Virus record (IMG/VR): IMGVR_UViG_3300027719_000273 | Location: 1 to 54,738 of that record | Reading direction: 5' to 3' (one strand) | DNA from: a virus | Taxonomy: Duplodnaviria; Caudoviricetes | Length of the DNA stretch: 54,738 bases | Shown: positions 45,607 through 54,738 of the stretch, one piece after another | Layout: each line of letters begins with the position of its first letter | Numbering within the stretch: position 1 is the stretch's first letter | Position numbers and translations under genes: made by a program | The notes under the pieces: generated by a model | Seen by the model: only the letters and a program-made list of their open reading frames with translations | What the model was told of the DNA's origin: nothing | The model's database searches: none

Positions 45607-48600
45607 TTATAGTTCGTCTTCGTAGTTATCGAACAGACCCAGTTCGAAGGCCTTTGCAATATACGCATTAAAGCGGGCTGTTTTCCTGTAGCCCCCGGTC
45701 GTTACCTCTACCATCTTAAGCCGGGTAAGTGCTGTCGCTACAGCCTTCGCTTCTTCCTTGCTTATCGCCAGCATAGCTTCCAGGTCTGACTGTCTTAAGT
45801 ACTTTGTTCTGGCGAACAGGTTAAGGAATTCAGTAAACTTAATTTCGCCTTTAAGGGTGTCGACTTCCTTAAGCTTTTCAGTAAGCTTCTGGTACTTTGG
45901 GTCGTCAAGTTCTTCTTCCTTTACGCATAGCTTCGCGTAGTAGTTCAGTCCGCAGCCACCAGCGTTATATACACCTTTAAGGTAGGATATGATAAAATCA
46001 ACGTGTCCCGGCCATACCTGTATACGTTCACCGCTTTCGTCTGTGCTGTGCAGTAGGGCTGACAGGGCGACCGATAAACGGGCGATTTTGTTACGCTGAT
46101 CCGAAGGTGTAACCAGTGGAATGTCCGAAGCGTTCCCGTACAGCCTGGAAAGTTCCGTAGCGCCTTCCAGTATCTTGTCCTGGGCGTCCGCGGTTATTAT
46201 GACGTCGTCGGTCTTCCTGGACCACGCGAAAAGGATATTATCTTTTAGCAGTTCGGCTGTTATCTGTACCGGGTACGTCTTAAGCTTTTGGTTATACAGT
46301 TCCGGGTCTACGTCGCTATATCGCATGAAGGTAGCGAAGTCGAAACGTCTTATATCCTCATTGTTGAAAATGTCTTTAAGCGCTTCTACGCCCTGGGTGT
46401 AGTCGGAAAGTCTTTTACCATGCGGTACGTTACCGGACAGTATGGCCCTTACTCTGCAAGGAGTTTCAGCCGTTACAGCCCTTTTGACTTCCAGTTTTCC
46501 GTCAGATCTTGCCAGGGTCATTTCCCCGTATTCGTCCTTCGTTATTCCGGTATCTTCGTCAATCCAGATAAGTTCCCGGTCCGCAAGCGGCCAGGCGCCC
46601 CATACTATATACCAGGCCCCGCCAGTGCCAGATTGCTCCATTTTGTAGGTTAAGCCTGTACGGCTTGTACTTTCGGCGTTTACCCTGGTGCCCAGGCCTA
46701 CAAATTTCTGGACCTTTTCAATAAGGGCGCTTTTGCCTGTCGCGGTGTCCCCTAGTATCTTCATTTCTACCCAGCCCCTTATCGGTTGATTATCCCAGGG
46801 TACCGTAAAACGTAGGACACTATGATAAGTAAGTAGGACGCCTAGCAGTACTTCGTCCCTTTCGACTATATGGGTTACGTTATAGGTAAGGTCGTCCATA
46901 ATAGCCTGTAGCTTTTCGTATATGGCTTCCTGGGTGTGTTCGTGCGGTCTGAATATCTTAAGGTTTTCCTTGATTTCATCGGTTATTTTGAAGCGTTCTA
47001 CGACGTCCTGCAATGGCTTTGCAGCTTTTATAATTATCGTACCTTCCTGGTTCTTCGGGTGCGGGAATACGTAGCCATCGATTTCGTAGTACTTGTTTTC
47101 CTGTATATTGAGGTCGCCTACGCTGTATATTTTACGTAGTACGTACTTCCCTTCGGTTACGGCTTTTTCGTCGATAGCCCCTATGTCGTTGTCTTCGGCC
47201 ATGGGTATTGTCAGCAGTTCGTCTAGGTTTACACTTTCTACCGTCGTCATATCGAAGCGCTGGCAGGCTGGTATAGTACTTACCTGGCGAAGTATCCCTT
47301 TTATGTTGTCGTCGCCAACGCCGCACATTTGTAAAAGTTCGCGGTCCTGGACATTCAGTGCCTTGTATATAGTCCCATTTTCTATGTTGTACAACGGACA
47401 GTGGACCTTTTTACAGTTCTTCTTACCCCAGCAGCTGTATTCTACTTTCTTCGGAACTATATATGGGGTATGCTTCTTCCCTGCAACCATTATACGAGTC
47501 TTTACAAGCTTCCCGGTAAATTCAGCCTTTCCTGTCTGTGCTAGGTGTAAGGCTGTGGCTTCTTCCTCTACTTCGTTGTTTTGTTTAAGGCAGGGACAAA
47601 GTTCATAAGTACACGCGACACGGTCGTATTCGTCGTTTCCTGGTTGTTTCGGTCCATGCAGTGACCGGATAAACGCGCAGCCGAAACGGTAAGCGTTTTC
47701 CTGTCCGTATACAGCGTCTATAACACTGCGAGTATTGGCTACCCTTTGTTGTGAACTGTATTTCGTATCTGCGCTAGTATGCTTAATCACCCAATCTGTC
47801 AGTACTTCGGCTGTTTCTTCCTTCGTAAAGCCCGCATCTTTGTAATAGCAAGCCAGCTGGACCGTCGCCTGGTTCCTGTCGCCGTCCTTCTTCCAGCCAC
47901 CTTTCAGAATGTCCAGGACACATACGGGCGGGTTTTGTTTATCAAAGTAGTAGACTTCGTTACTGTATCGACTGGTACTTGTTGCTTCTGCCTGTTCGTA
48001 TTCCTTAAGCTTATCTACGTATAAGGCGAAAGCAAACTTACGCAGTTTTAGCGCTTTCTTCCGGTCTTCGCCTGAAAGCCCTACGTCCTTCCGTGGTTGC
48101 TTTGCCAGTTCCTTTATTTGTTCCAAGTTTAAAAGTCTTAATTCCTCTATGGTTAATTCGATTTTAAATAGTCTGGTATTTTGGTGTATGCTATTCGGTA
48201 AACGCAGCATACGGGCGCTGGTGTATACCGCGGGGTCGATACTTTTAAGTGGTATAATCTTTTCCCTGTTTTCCCCGTCCGGTCCTGATTCTGTTATTCT
48301 ATCCCCCAGGCGATACTTAAGGTAGTTCGCGATATGGTTAAAGGCTTTATGTAGGTCGTTCCTGGGTTCTATCCCTATTGCCTGGTTTGCTATGAGGATA
48401 TGGAAGCCCTTACTACCGGAAAAATATACCCATATATCGCTTTCCTTAAGGTCCAGCTCATGTAAGAAAAAGTCTACGATACGTACAGCTTCGTCTTTCG
48501 CTATTTGCGGGTTTTCCTTGTAGTCAAGGTCGAAGAAAAGGGGTGCCGCGTACGACTCCCCTTTTGTCCTTGTACTGTTAGCGTACCGCTGTACCGTTAT

Positions 48601-48756
48601 GAAACAATTGAAATTTAAAGCGTGTTCCTGCTGGTATTTTGCCACTTCTCCGACCTCTATACGGGTCCATTCGTGGTTTTTACCGTTTATATCGGTATAC
48701 CAGAAATCAACATATTTGAAGTCGGCCAGTTTTAGCGTTTTATCTGTGTCACTCAT
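45607..48756 (-). CDS. AEP primase-MCM-like helicase fusion
   Basis: FFDLD, SGSKGFH, RMLRLP (AEP); GDTATGKS, SRTGLT, WPLADRELIWIDE, IRRFD (MCM AAA+). Confidence 0.9.
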   Translation of the reverse strand: MSDTDKTLKLADFKYVDFWYTDINGKNHEWTRIEVGEVAKYQQEHALNFNCFITVQRYANSTRTKGESYAAPLFFDLDYKENPQIAKDEAVRIVDFFLHELDLKESDIWVYFSGSKGFHILIANQAIGIEPRNDLHKAFNHIANYLKYRLGDRITESGPDGENREKIIPLKSIDPAVYTSARMLRLPNSIHQNTRLFKIELTIEELRLLNLEQIKELAKQPRKDVGLSGEDRKKALKLRKFAFALYVDKLKEYEQAEATSTSRYSNEVYYFDKQNPPVCVLDILKGGWKKDGDRNQATVQLACYYKDAGFTKEETAEVLTDWVIKHTSADTKYSSQQRVANTRSVIDAVYGQENAYRFGCAFIRSLHGPKQPGNDEYDRVACTYELCPCLKQNNEVEEEATALHLAQTGKAEFTGKLVKTRIMVAGKKHTPYIVPKKVEYSCWGKKNCKKVHCPLYNIENGTIYKALNVQDRELLQMCGVGDDNIKGILRQVSTIPACQRFDMTTVESVNLDELLTIPMAEDNDIGAIDEKAVTEGKYVLRKIYSVGDLNIQENKYYEIDGYVFPHPKNQEGTIIIKAAKPLQDVVERFKITDEIKENLKIFRPHEHTQEAIYEKLQAIMDDLTYNVTHIVERDEVLLGVLLTYHSVLRFTVPWDNQPIRGWVEMKILGDTATGKSALIEKVQKFVGLGTRVNAESTSRTGLTYKMEQSGTGGAWYIVWGAWPLADRELIWIDEDTGITKDEYGEMTLARSDGKLEVKRAVTAETPCRVRAILSGNVPHGKRLSDYTQGVEALKDIFNNEDIRRFDFATFMRYSDVDPELYNQKLKTYPVQITAELLKDNILFAWSRKTDDVIITADAQDKILEGATELSRLYGNASDIPLVTPSDQRNKIARLSVALSALLHSTDESGERIQVWPGHVDFIISYLKGVYNAGGCGLNYYAKLCVKEEELDDPKYQKLTEKLKEVDTLKGEIKFTEFLNLFARTKYLRQSDLEAMLAISKEEAKAVATALTRLKMVEVTTGGYRKTARFNAYIAKAFELGLFDNYEDEL

Positions 48757-48776
48757 TTACAGCGGCCCCCTTGTGT

Positions 48777-49565
48777 TTATTGTGCAGCATCTTCCTGTAT
48801 ACCATAGTCAGCAGGATTAAACAGGCCTACTGCTGCAAATTCAAGACCTATCCAGCTGGTATTCTTGCCCTTCTTATCTGCGGTCGTAATTCTGGTTACG
48901 ACCTTGTTTACACCTGTCCTTTGGGGGATATCCATAGCCTTGAAATTACCCATATACAACGCCCGGGCGTATTTGCCGTATGCTATGGTGTTCGTAGGCG
49001 CGAACGACATTATATAGATCTTAGGCATTTCGTCGCCTTTTCCAAGGCTTGCGACCGGTACCACATAAGCCATGTACCTTAATTCCAGATCGTCCATGCT
49101 GTAACGGGTAGCCGCATCCGGGTTTGCTTCCAGCCATACAGCCAGGGCAGCTTCGGCGTCTGCCTTTTCTTTGCATGCTACGATAAGCTGGCCGTCTTCC
49201 GGGCTGTCCTGTAGTCCCCATAAGGACCAGTGCTTTTCTCCCTGACCTATAACAACGTCGATATGGTCGCCGTAGGCTACGTCCGGGTTATCCTTTTCAT
49301 GGAATACTCCCTTTTTATTGAATATAAGCCAGCTTCCCATATAGACAAAGTCAAGGTCCAGGCCTTCGTTTGCCAGCATGAAGTCAGCCATAAGGTTTTC
49401 TAGCAGTTGCGTTATGTAAGCAGGCTGTCCGCTTGATATTGCGACTGCATTAAGTTCAGTCGCTACTAATGCGGTAGTTGCATCTGCGCTGCCTTCCTTT
49501 GCGGCTGCGGCTACTATTGCGTTTTGATTGTTCTTTTCCATGTTTACGGTTTGATCGACTTTCAT
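48777..49565 (-). CDS. Replication-module protein, possibly ssDNA-binding
   Basis: Between helicase and primase; aromatic beta-rich core, acidic end. Confidence 0.45.
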   Translation of the reverse strand: MKVDQTVNMEKNNQNAIVAAAAKEGSADATTALVATELNAVAISSGQPAYITQLLENLMADFMLANEGLDLDFVYMGSWLIFNKKGVFHEKDNPDVAYGDHIDVVIGQGEKHWSLWGLQDSPEDGQLIVACKEKADAEAALAVWLEANPDAATRYSMDDLELRYMAYVVPVASLGKGDEMPKIYIMSFAPTNTIAYGKYARALYMGNFKAMDIPQRTGVNKVVTRITTADKKGKNTSWIGLEFAAVGLFNPADYGIQEDAAQ

Positions 49566-49646
49566 TTTGTAACCCCCTATAAATTTGAATTGTGTTTGTG
49601 TTGTATTTCAAAGGTATCTTAATACCCCCAGTACCAGAAAAAAGGT

Positions 49647-51332
49647 CTACTGCATTCCTAAGAATGTATCGATTTCGTCTACTGTTGTCCTTGGCTTCTT
49701 TGGTACTTTGAAGCCAAGGCGCTTATATACTGCCCTACGGCTGTAGTACTGATCCCGGAATACCCCTACATTATAATCCACATAGTCGAATAGTATTGCC
49801 TTCTTGCCTGCGTTATGTGGGTCTGGTCTTTGGATACGTCCGGCTTCCTGTTCTACAGCGCTGCCGTCTTTTCGGCTGTAGTGTGTGTCCCCACGCTTTG
49901 ACATTGTCATATGTTCAATGTTCAGGTGCGGAATGTCCAGTCCTTCACGGGCCAGCTGCGTTGCAAAGAGTATGTCAAGCTTCTTATCCCTTAACGCCTG
50001 TATAGCTGCCGCCCTCTGTGTGGGTGTGCATTTCCAGGCTTCGGCTTCCTGCTCTGTATACTGCTCTATACGGACTTCCCAGCGGCTTTTCCTGTCGTTA
50101 TACCTTGCTTCTACTGCGCTGCCGTCCGCAACCCTTCCCTTTGCTGTACGTTCGTTTTTAACGACCCGCCATACATAACGGGATATACCGCCGTGTACGA
50201 CCGCCATACGGGGTATAGGCCGATTTAGGCTTTTTGCCAGACTTTCTACCTGGTTCATCAAGTAAAAGCAGTACCGGACGTTTTCAGTAAGTACCAGGGT
50301 GTAATTTCCCGGTGCATTGCCCAGAACGTTGCAAGCTATCAGTTCCTTACGCTGCTGATCGTACACTATACGCCTTACCAGGTCTGCGTAGTCCAGGTCT
50401 TCGCCGCCTGCGTCTACAGCCCCAGAAAGTTCGTCTACCGTACTGGCCGGATCATCCCTGAAAGCTGTATAAACAAAGCGTACTTCTGGGATTATCAGCT
50501 GCCCTGCTTTGTGCAGTACGTCCCTAGGTACTTCGTGGCGCTTAGGTCCGATTCCAACATATAAGTAGCGTTCCAGCCCGTCCTTACGATCCGGCGTCGC
50601 TGTCAGCCCAACGAAGTTTTCGGCGTCGAATTGATTAGCGACTTCCATAAACAGCGGGGCCGGGAAGTGGTGCGCTTCGTCAATTACCAGGGTCCCGGCT
50701 ATCTTCGCCAGGGCTTCTACCAGCTGCGGATTTTCTGCCAGGGTCTGGGCCATGCAGATTATCAGCTTACCGTCGCCCCATTCCAGGCGCCCGTCGCCGA
50801 TAAGCCCTACCTTACCGACGCCGCCCAGATACTTTTCCGCGTTTTCCTTCGCCTGCTTCATAAGGTCGCTTGTATGGGTAAGCCATACGGTACAGCGGCC
50901 CTTTTTCCATATGTAGTACATACCCATAAGGGTTTTACCACTTCCGGCAGGCGATACCAGGACGCCGTTACTGTCAATTATGGCGGCCAGGGCTTCCAGC
51001 TGGTATTCACGCGGCGGCCAGCCCTTCCATTCTCCGAAGTCTGCCGCCAGGCCTTCGTTAAGCTGCTTTTCGATAACGGTATAGGGGTTTATCTTATGCG
51101 CCTGTAAAATGGCTGTAAGTTCATTCAGAAAGCCCCTGCCCGTTACTATGTCGCCCTGATCCATGGCGAAAAGCTGTAGCTTATTAGGTATCCCCCAGGT
51201 ACTTTTACGCTTCTTTAGCTTGTCCACGTATTCCGGGTTATCCATTGTAAGCGCTGAAAGTATCGCAAGCTTTACAGGCGAAGCAGTTACTAGTCCCCTT
51301 ATCCGTAGGTTATTCTTTACAAGTATTTGCAA
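49647..51332 (-). CDS. SF2 DEAH-box helicase
   Basis: PREYQ, PAGSGKT, DEAHH, TATPDR, EGLDIP, QEAGRIQR. Confidence 0.95.
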   Translation of the reverse strand: MQILVKNNLRIRGLVTASPVKLAILSALTMDNPEYVDKLKKRKSTWGIPNKLQLFAMDQGDIVTGRGFLNELTAILQAHKINPYTVIEKQLNEGLAADFGEWKGWPPREYQLEALAAIIDSNGVLVSPAGSGKTLMGMYYIWKKGRCTVWLTHTSDLMKQAKENAEKYLGGVGKVGLIGDGRLEWGDGKLIICMAQTLAENPQLVEALAKIAGTLVIDEAHHFPAPLFMEVANQFDAENFVGLTATPDRKDGLERYLYVGIGPKRHEVPRDVLHKAGQLIIPEVRFVYTAFRDDPASTVDELSGAVDAGGEDLDYADLVRRIVYDQQRKELIACNVLGNAPGNYTLVLTENVRYCFYLMNQVESLAKSLNRPIPRMAVVHGGISRYVWRVVKNERTAKGRVADGSAVEARYNDRKSRWEVRIEQYTEQEAEAWKCTPTQRAAAIQALRDKKLDILFATQLAREGLDIPHLNIEHMTMSKRGDTHYSRKDGSAVEQEAGRIQRPDPHNAGKKAILFDYVDYNVGVFRDQYYSRRAVYKRLGFKVPKKPRTTVDEIDTFLGMQ

Positions 51333-51823
51333 TGGCTTACCATCTCCTTTAAGTTGTACCCAGGTTTACCGTCCGGCATTACTGCCCTTGATAAATACAC
51401 CCGCGGTATTGCATTGTTATATAGTTCTTCCATGCTTATGTACTTGCGTCTTTTCTGCCGCATGTAGCGCATGGCTGTTACAAGTCGGAAGGCGTAGGCT
51501 ACGTCCCTTTTCAGTTCTTCATTCAGGAAGCTTACGTACACCAGTCCGTAGTTTCGGTCTATTACCTTGTCAAAGTCCAGCAAGCCCTTTATCTGGTGTG
51601 GTTCTAAAAATGCCAGTTCGAAACAATCCCCTTCTGTACGTTTCATTTCTGCCAGAATATTAATATTTTCAAATAGTACCAGTTCGTCAGCTGGACGTGT
51701 ACCGCCCTTACCGTCTGGTATCCTCATGCGCCAGGTGTGGGAAATAAGCCGCCAGCTTCTTCGTATTTCGTCCTGAAAGTCCGTGCCGCGCTGCTGGCGT
51801 TCTTGTTGTTTTACGTCCTTCAT
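51317..51823 (-). CDS. RecU-like PD-(D/E)xK nuclease / Holliday junction resolvase
   Basis: RGTDFQ, RPAD, AEMK, EPHQ. Confidence 0.75.
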   Translation of the reverse strand: MKDVKQQERQQRGTDFQDEIRRSWRLISHTWRMRIPDGKGGTRPADELVLFENINILAEMKRTEGDCFELAFLEPHQIKGLLDFDKVIDRNYGLVYVSFLNEELKRDVAYAFRLVTAMRYMRQKRRKYISMEELYNNAIPRVYLSRAVMPDGKPGYNLKEMVSHCKYL

Positions 51824-52323
51824 GCTGTCGGTTTTACAGCCAGCCCTGGTTCGTAGGCCTTGCCTATCATCGTCAGTGATGCTGCCTGTACGGCTGCCGC
51901 CGCCTTAAGGCTGTCTGCTGCGTCTGCCGCTGTCCTGTACTTGTCCTTCGCCCTGGCTATCTCGACGTCGATACGGGCCAGCTGGCTTTCTACCTTCGCC
52001 AGTTCTTCCCGCTTGTCTTTGGTTACGGTCCTGCGAAACGCGTCCCTGATCTGTTCATTGCTTAAGTAAGTCGTCTGACCGTTAATTATCACATACTGGC
52101 TTTTTCCTTCGCCCTGTATCTTCATAAGTGCGTCGCTTTCGTCTAGCTTTATTTCAGTTTCCAGCTGAATCCTTTGCGCCACCAGTGTGGACCTGTCCCC
52201 GTATGCTGCATCTATAACCTTGTCGGCTTCCAGGAAGTCCCCAACTACTGCCGTAAGTCTGTCATATACATATTGGACCGCGTCGGGTCCAATAATGCCT
52301 TTAAACTGTGCCGATATGTTCAT
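51820..52323 (-). CDS. Coiled-coil protein in the recombination module
   Basis: Helical, LSNEQIRDA motif; coupled ORF. Confidence 0.6.
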   Translation of the reverse strand: MNISAQFKGIIGPDAVQYVYDRLTAVVGDFLEADKVIDAAYGDRSTLVAQRIQLETEIKLDESDALMKIQGEGKSQYVIINGQTTYLSNEQIRDAFRRTVTKDKREELAKVESQLARIDVEIARAKDKYRTAADAADSLKAAAAVQAASLTMIGKAYEPGLAVKPTA

Positions 52324-52576
52324 TGTTCTTAATCCTCCGTTTCATATTCGATTCGTTTACCCATTGCCCGCCTACGTAGTCTAGTTCCCCCGCCATTATC
52401 GCGGCGCTTTCTTCCTCAGTCACCGGACGGCCTGGGCAGTCTGTTGGTATTTCTGCTTCGCCTGTTTTGCAAACTGTACAGTATGCCAGGCCCCCGTCAC
52501 ATATTGGGCAGCTGTAACCGTCGTCTATATGCGTCTTACCACATTCTTCTGCTGTCAAAAGCTTATGCCCTGCCAT
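52301..52576 (-). CDS. Cys-rich (zinc-binding) protein
   Basis: CPICDGGLAYCTVC...DCPG. Confidence 0.65.
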   Translation of the reverse strand: MAGHKLLTAEECGKTHIDDGYSCPICDGGLAYCTVCKTGEAEIPTDCPGRPVTEEESAAIMAGELDYVGGQWVNESNMKRRIKNNEHIGTV

Positions 52577-52787
52577 TTCTATACTTACCCCCTATTCTTA
52601 ACTTTGCCTTAACTACTAGGAATTCGCCGCTATGTAAGCCTGTGCGGTGTGCTATTGCGTAGCTACCGCAGGCCTGGCAACGGGTTATACATACGCCCCA
52701 GTCTGTCATGTAGAAGCCTAGGGCGGCCAGGTCGTCGGTCTGTGGGTGTTCATGCCCACAGTTCAGGCATTTCCAGCCCTTACACAT
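52563..52787 (-). CDS. Zinc-ribbon small protein
   Basis: CLNCG and CQACG pairs. Confidence 0.6.
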   Translation of the reverse strand: MCKGWKCLNCGHEHPQTDDLAALGFYMTDWGVCITRCQACGSYAIAHRTGLHSGEFLVVKAKLRIGGKYRNGRA

Positions 52788-52801
52788 AGGACCACCCCCT
52801 A

Positions 52802-52951
52802 CTAAACCCCTACTTGAACATCATTAGTACAGACTGTACCACCAGGAAAGCAGAACACATTTATGTAGCATTTATACTTTTGGGAAACCTCACTTACCAA
52901 TTCTTTCAGAGCTTCAACATCTTCCTCTAGCTGTCTTTGTTTATCGTCCAC
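52802..52951 (-). CDS. Small hypothetical protein (49 aa, absent from ORF track)
   Basis: GGGGG RBS, GTG start, fills the intergenic gap. Confidence 0.55.
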   Translation of the reverse strand: MDDKQRQLEEDVEALKELVSEVSQKYKCYINVFCFPGGTVCTNDVQVGV

Positions 52952-52963
52952 TTTATTACCCCC

Positions 52964-53941
52964 TTATGCCCTCATTTTTTCGCGTTCCAGGTCGATAGTT
53001 TCTAGGGCGACCTTTACGACTTCCGGGCTGTACTTTTCCTGTTCTGCTATGGTTTCAACTATCTGCGGCACGTTCAATATTACCTTTTCCCCGGTCTGCT
53101 TCTTAATTAAGGCGCTAAACTGTTCCATAGCATACTGGCGCTTTTCTTCGGCGTCTATAGCGCTGCGATCCAGCACTTCGTCGCCAGGCTTCGCGCACTT
53201 AAGCGGTATAAGCTTTACGTCAGCTTTCCCCTGGTCGACCGTTACCAGGGCTACCTGGGGCCTGCGGTTTATTTCCGCATGGCTGGCCTTGATACGCATA
53301 AGCGCTCCTGGATTACAGAATATCTTCCCGTCCTTTCGCTTTATAACGCCGTACCCTGTATGTTCGTGGCCTGTTAGGATTACGTCAGCCTGGGTCGGTA
53401 CGTCCTGTACCATGGTATAGCGGTCGAAGGGTGGCTTATGATCCAACAGCATACCATGGGCTACATGTATCTTTATGCCTGGAAAGTTCGCCAAGTCGCC
53501 CTGTGGGCTGTAGCCGTGCTGGTTTATGTCTATTTGTGCGCTGTAAGGTTCGAAGGTTATCTGTGTACTTTCACCGTACCGTATGCTGTCTTCTGGTTTG
53601 TATATCACATGAAAGCGCGGCACAAGCTTTTCCAGCAGTCTTAAGGAGGTACGCCAGTACGTTTCCAGGTTGTACCCGTATACGTCATGGTTCCCAATTG
53701 TGGTATAAATAGGTACCGGGGTGTGTTCCAGAAGGGCCGCGAAGTCGAACATTACACCCAGGGTTACTTCCGGGCTATCCCATATATCTCCTGGCAGCAG
53801 TATAGCGTCTACCGCGTGGTCCGCTGCCAGCTGGAATACCTCAGCTATCTTTGCCTTCACGTCTTCGCGGTAGCTGCCTATACGGTTCCTGGGGTTCGTG
53901 CCGCGTAGGTGCAAGTCCCCTACATATAAGAATTTTTCCAT
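52964..53941 (-). CDS. sbcD: SbcD/Mre11-like metallophosphoesterase nuclease
   Basis: GDLH, GDIWD, GNHD, AHG, GHEH, NPG motifs. Confidence 0.92.
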   Translation of the reverse strand: MEKFLYVGDLHLRGTNPRNRIGSYREDVKAKIAEVFQLAADHAVDAILLPGDIWDSPEVTLGVMFDFAALLEHTPVPIYTTIGNHDVYGYNLETYWRTSLRLLEKLVPRFHVIYKPEDSIRYGESTQITFEPYSAQIDINQHGYSPQGDLANFPGIKIHVAHGMLLDHKPPFDRYTMVQDVPTQADVILTGHEHTGYGVIKRKDGKIFCNPGALMRIKASHAEINRRPQVALVTVDQGKADVKLIPLKCAKPGDEVLDRSAIDAEEKRQYAMEQFSALIKKQTGEKVILNVPQIVETIAEQEKYSPEVVKVALETIDLEREKMRA

Positions 53942-54738
53942 TAAGCAGTCACCCCCCTTACTATGCTTTCGCCTTTGTCGTTCTGCGTTACTTCCAGACC
54001 TACGTCGCCTATTTCTGCCAGATCGCGGGAATGTGTGATAAGTATTATCTGTCTGTCAAACTGGCTGCTGTACTGCTTTAGGAAGTAAGCTACATTCGGC
54101 GCGTATTCTTTACTTACATGCTTACCGACTTCGTCTAGGTATAGCGGTCCAGGTATCTGTTCCAGTTCTCCGATTGCCAGCTTAAGCGCCAAGCTTATTA
54201 CGTCAATCTTACCGCCGCCCCTGTCGTAGTCTGGCTTTTCCAGCTTCGTTATTACTTGGCCGTCGTCCAGATAATAGTCGGCGACGGGCTGACTGCTGCG
54301 TACGTCCAGCTGGATAAAAAACCTATGATTGCCGCCGAATACCACATTAAGCGCCTGACTTACTATGTCTTCAACGCGGACCTTTATCTGTTCCCTAGCG
54401 AATTCAGAAGTTTTCTGTAGAAGGATCTGGACCAGGTCGAAGGTCGCCAGTGCCTTTTCAGCCTCTGCCTTTTCCTTCTCTGCCGTCGTCCGCTGTTTTA
54501 GCAGCATATCTCTTTTTCCTACCATGGTGTCTACTTTGGTGTGGGCTGCTTTCACGTCGGCCCGGATTTTCCCCAGACGATAAGAGGATGACAGCGGGGC
54601 GTTTCCCTGTATAGCCTGATTCGTTGCCTGCCTTTCGGTTCTGGGCGGTGCTGTCTGGTTCGGGGTCTGTGTCTGTATGCGGCCTGTAGTTGCAGCTTGA
54701 CCGCTGCCCTTTTTGTACATATCGAATAATGAAGACAT
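53941..54738 (-). CDS. SbcC/Rad50-like ATPase, C-terminal half only
   Basis: Coiled coil, RGGG signature variant, LYLDE Walker B, ITH; no Walker A. Confidence 0.85.
   Translation of the reverse strand: MSSLFDMYKKGSGQAATTGRIQTQTPNQTAPPRTERQATNQAIQGNAPLSSSYRLGKIRADVKAAHTKVDTMVGKRDMLLKQRTTAEKEKAEAEKALATFDLVQILLQKTSEFAREQIKVRVEDIVSQALNVVFGGNHRFFIQLDVRSSQPVADYYLDDGQVITKLEKPDYDRGGGKIDVISLALKLAIGELEQIPGPLYLDEVGKHVSKEYAPNVAYFLKQYSSQFDRQIILITHSRDLAEIGDVGLEVTQNDKGESIVRGVTA

Larger units (their letters stand above)
1..54738. mobile_element. Temperate myovirus-like phage/prophage (partial)
   Basis: Integrase, repressor, lysis, contractile tail, head, terminase and replication modules in phage-like order; no host housekeeping genes seen. 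Confidence 0.97.

Noticed and set aside
300-54600. Many plus-strand ORFs in the track (e.g. 15310-16356, 38667-39713, 29357-30154)
   Set aside because: Antisense shadows of well-supported minus-strand genes, with no recognisable motifs
1-54738. tRNA/rRNA genes and att sites
   Set aside because: No T-loop or cloverleaf pattern noticed by eye; the window stops at the integrase stop codon, so att cannot be seen

Overview
About 55 kb of a temperate, contractile-tailed (myovirus-like) phage or prophage of a Firmicutes host, probably Clostridia. Nearly all genes are on the minus strand. In transcription order (right to left): recombination and replication (C-terminal-half SbcC/Rad50, SbcD/Mre11, RecU-like nuclease, SF2 helicase, AEP primase-MCM helicase fusion, HNH, NDT-like protein, family A DNA polymerase); an accessory block (PAPS-reductase-like, Spo11/Top6A-like TOPRIM, frameshifted 3D lipoprotein with an overprinted gene, SQELD mini-protein, radical SAM, GNAT); packaging and head (TerS, TerL, SPP1-type portal, MuF with a metallopeptidase extension, scaffold, decoration, gpE-like capsid); a PBSX/Xkd-like tail; lysis genes; a moron; an XRE repressor (the only convincing plus-strand gene) facing a decayed cro; and a final operon ending in parM-like actin, RHH adaptor, a stand-alone copy of the integrase arm-binding domain, and the tyrosine integrase. 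This last four-gene unit is the best candidate for an undescribed system. The window starts at the integrase stop codon and ends at a start codon, so att sites and the rest of the element are not visible. All calls come from reading motifs by eye; no searches were run.
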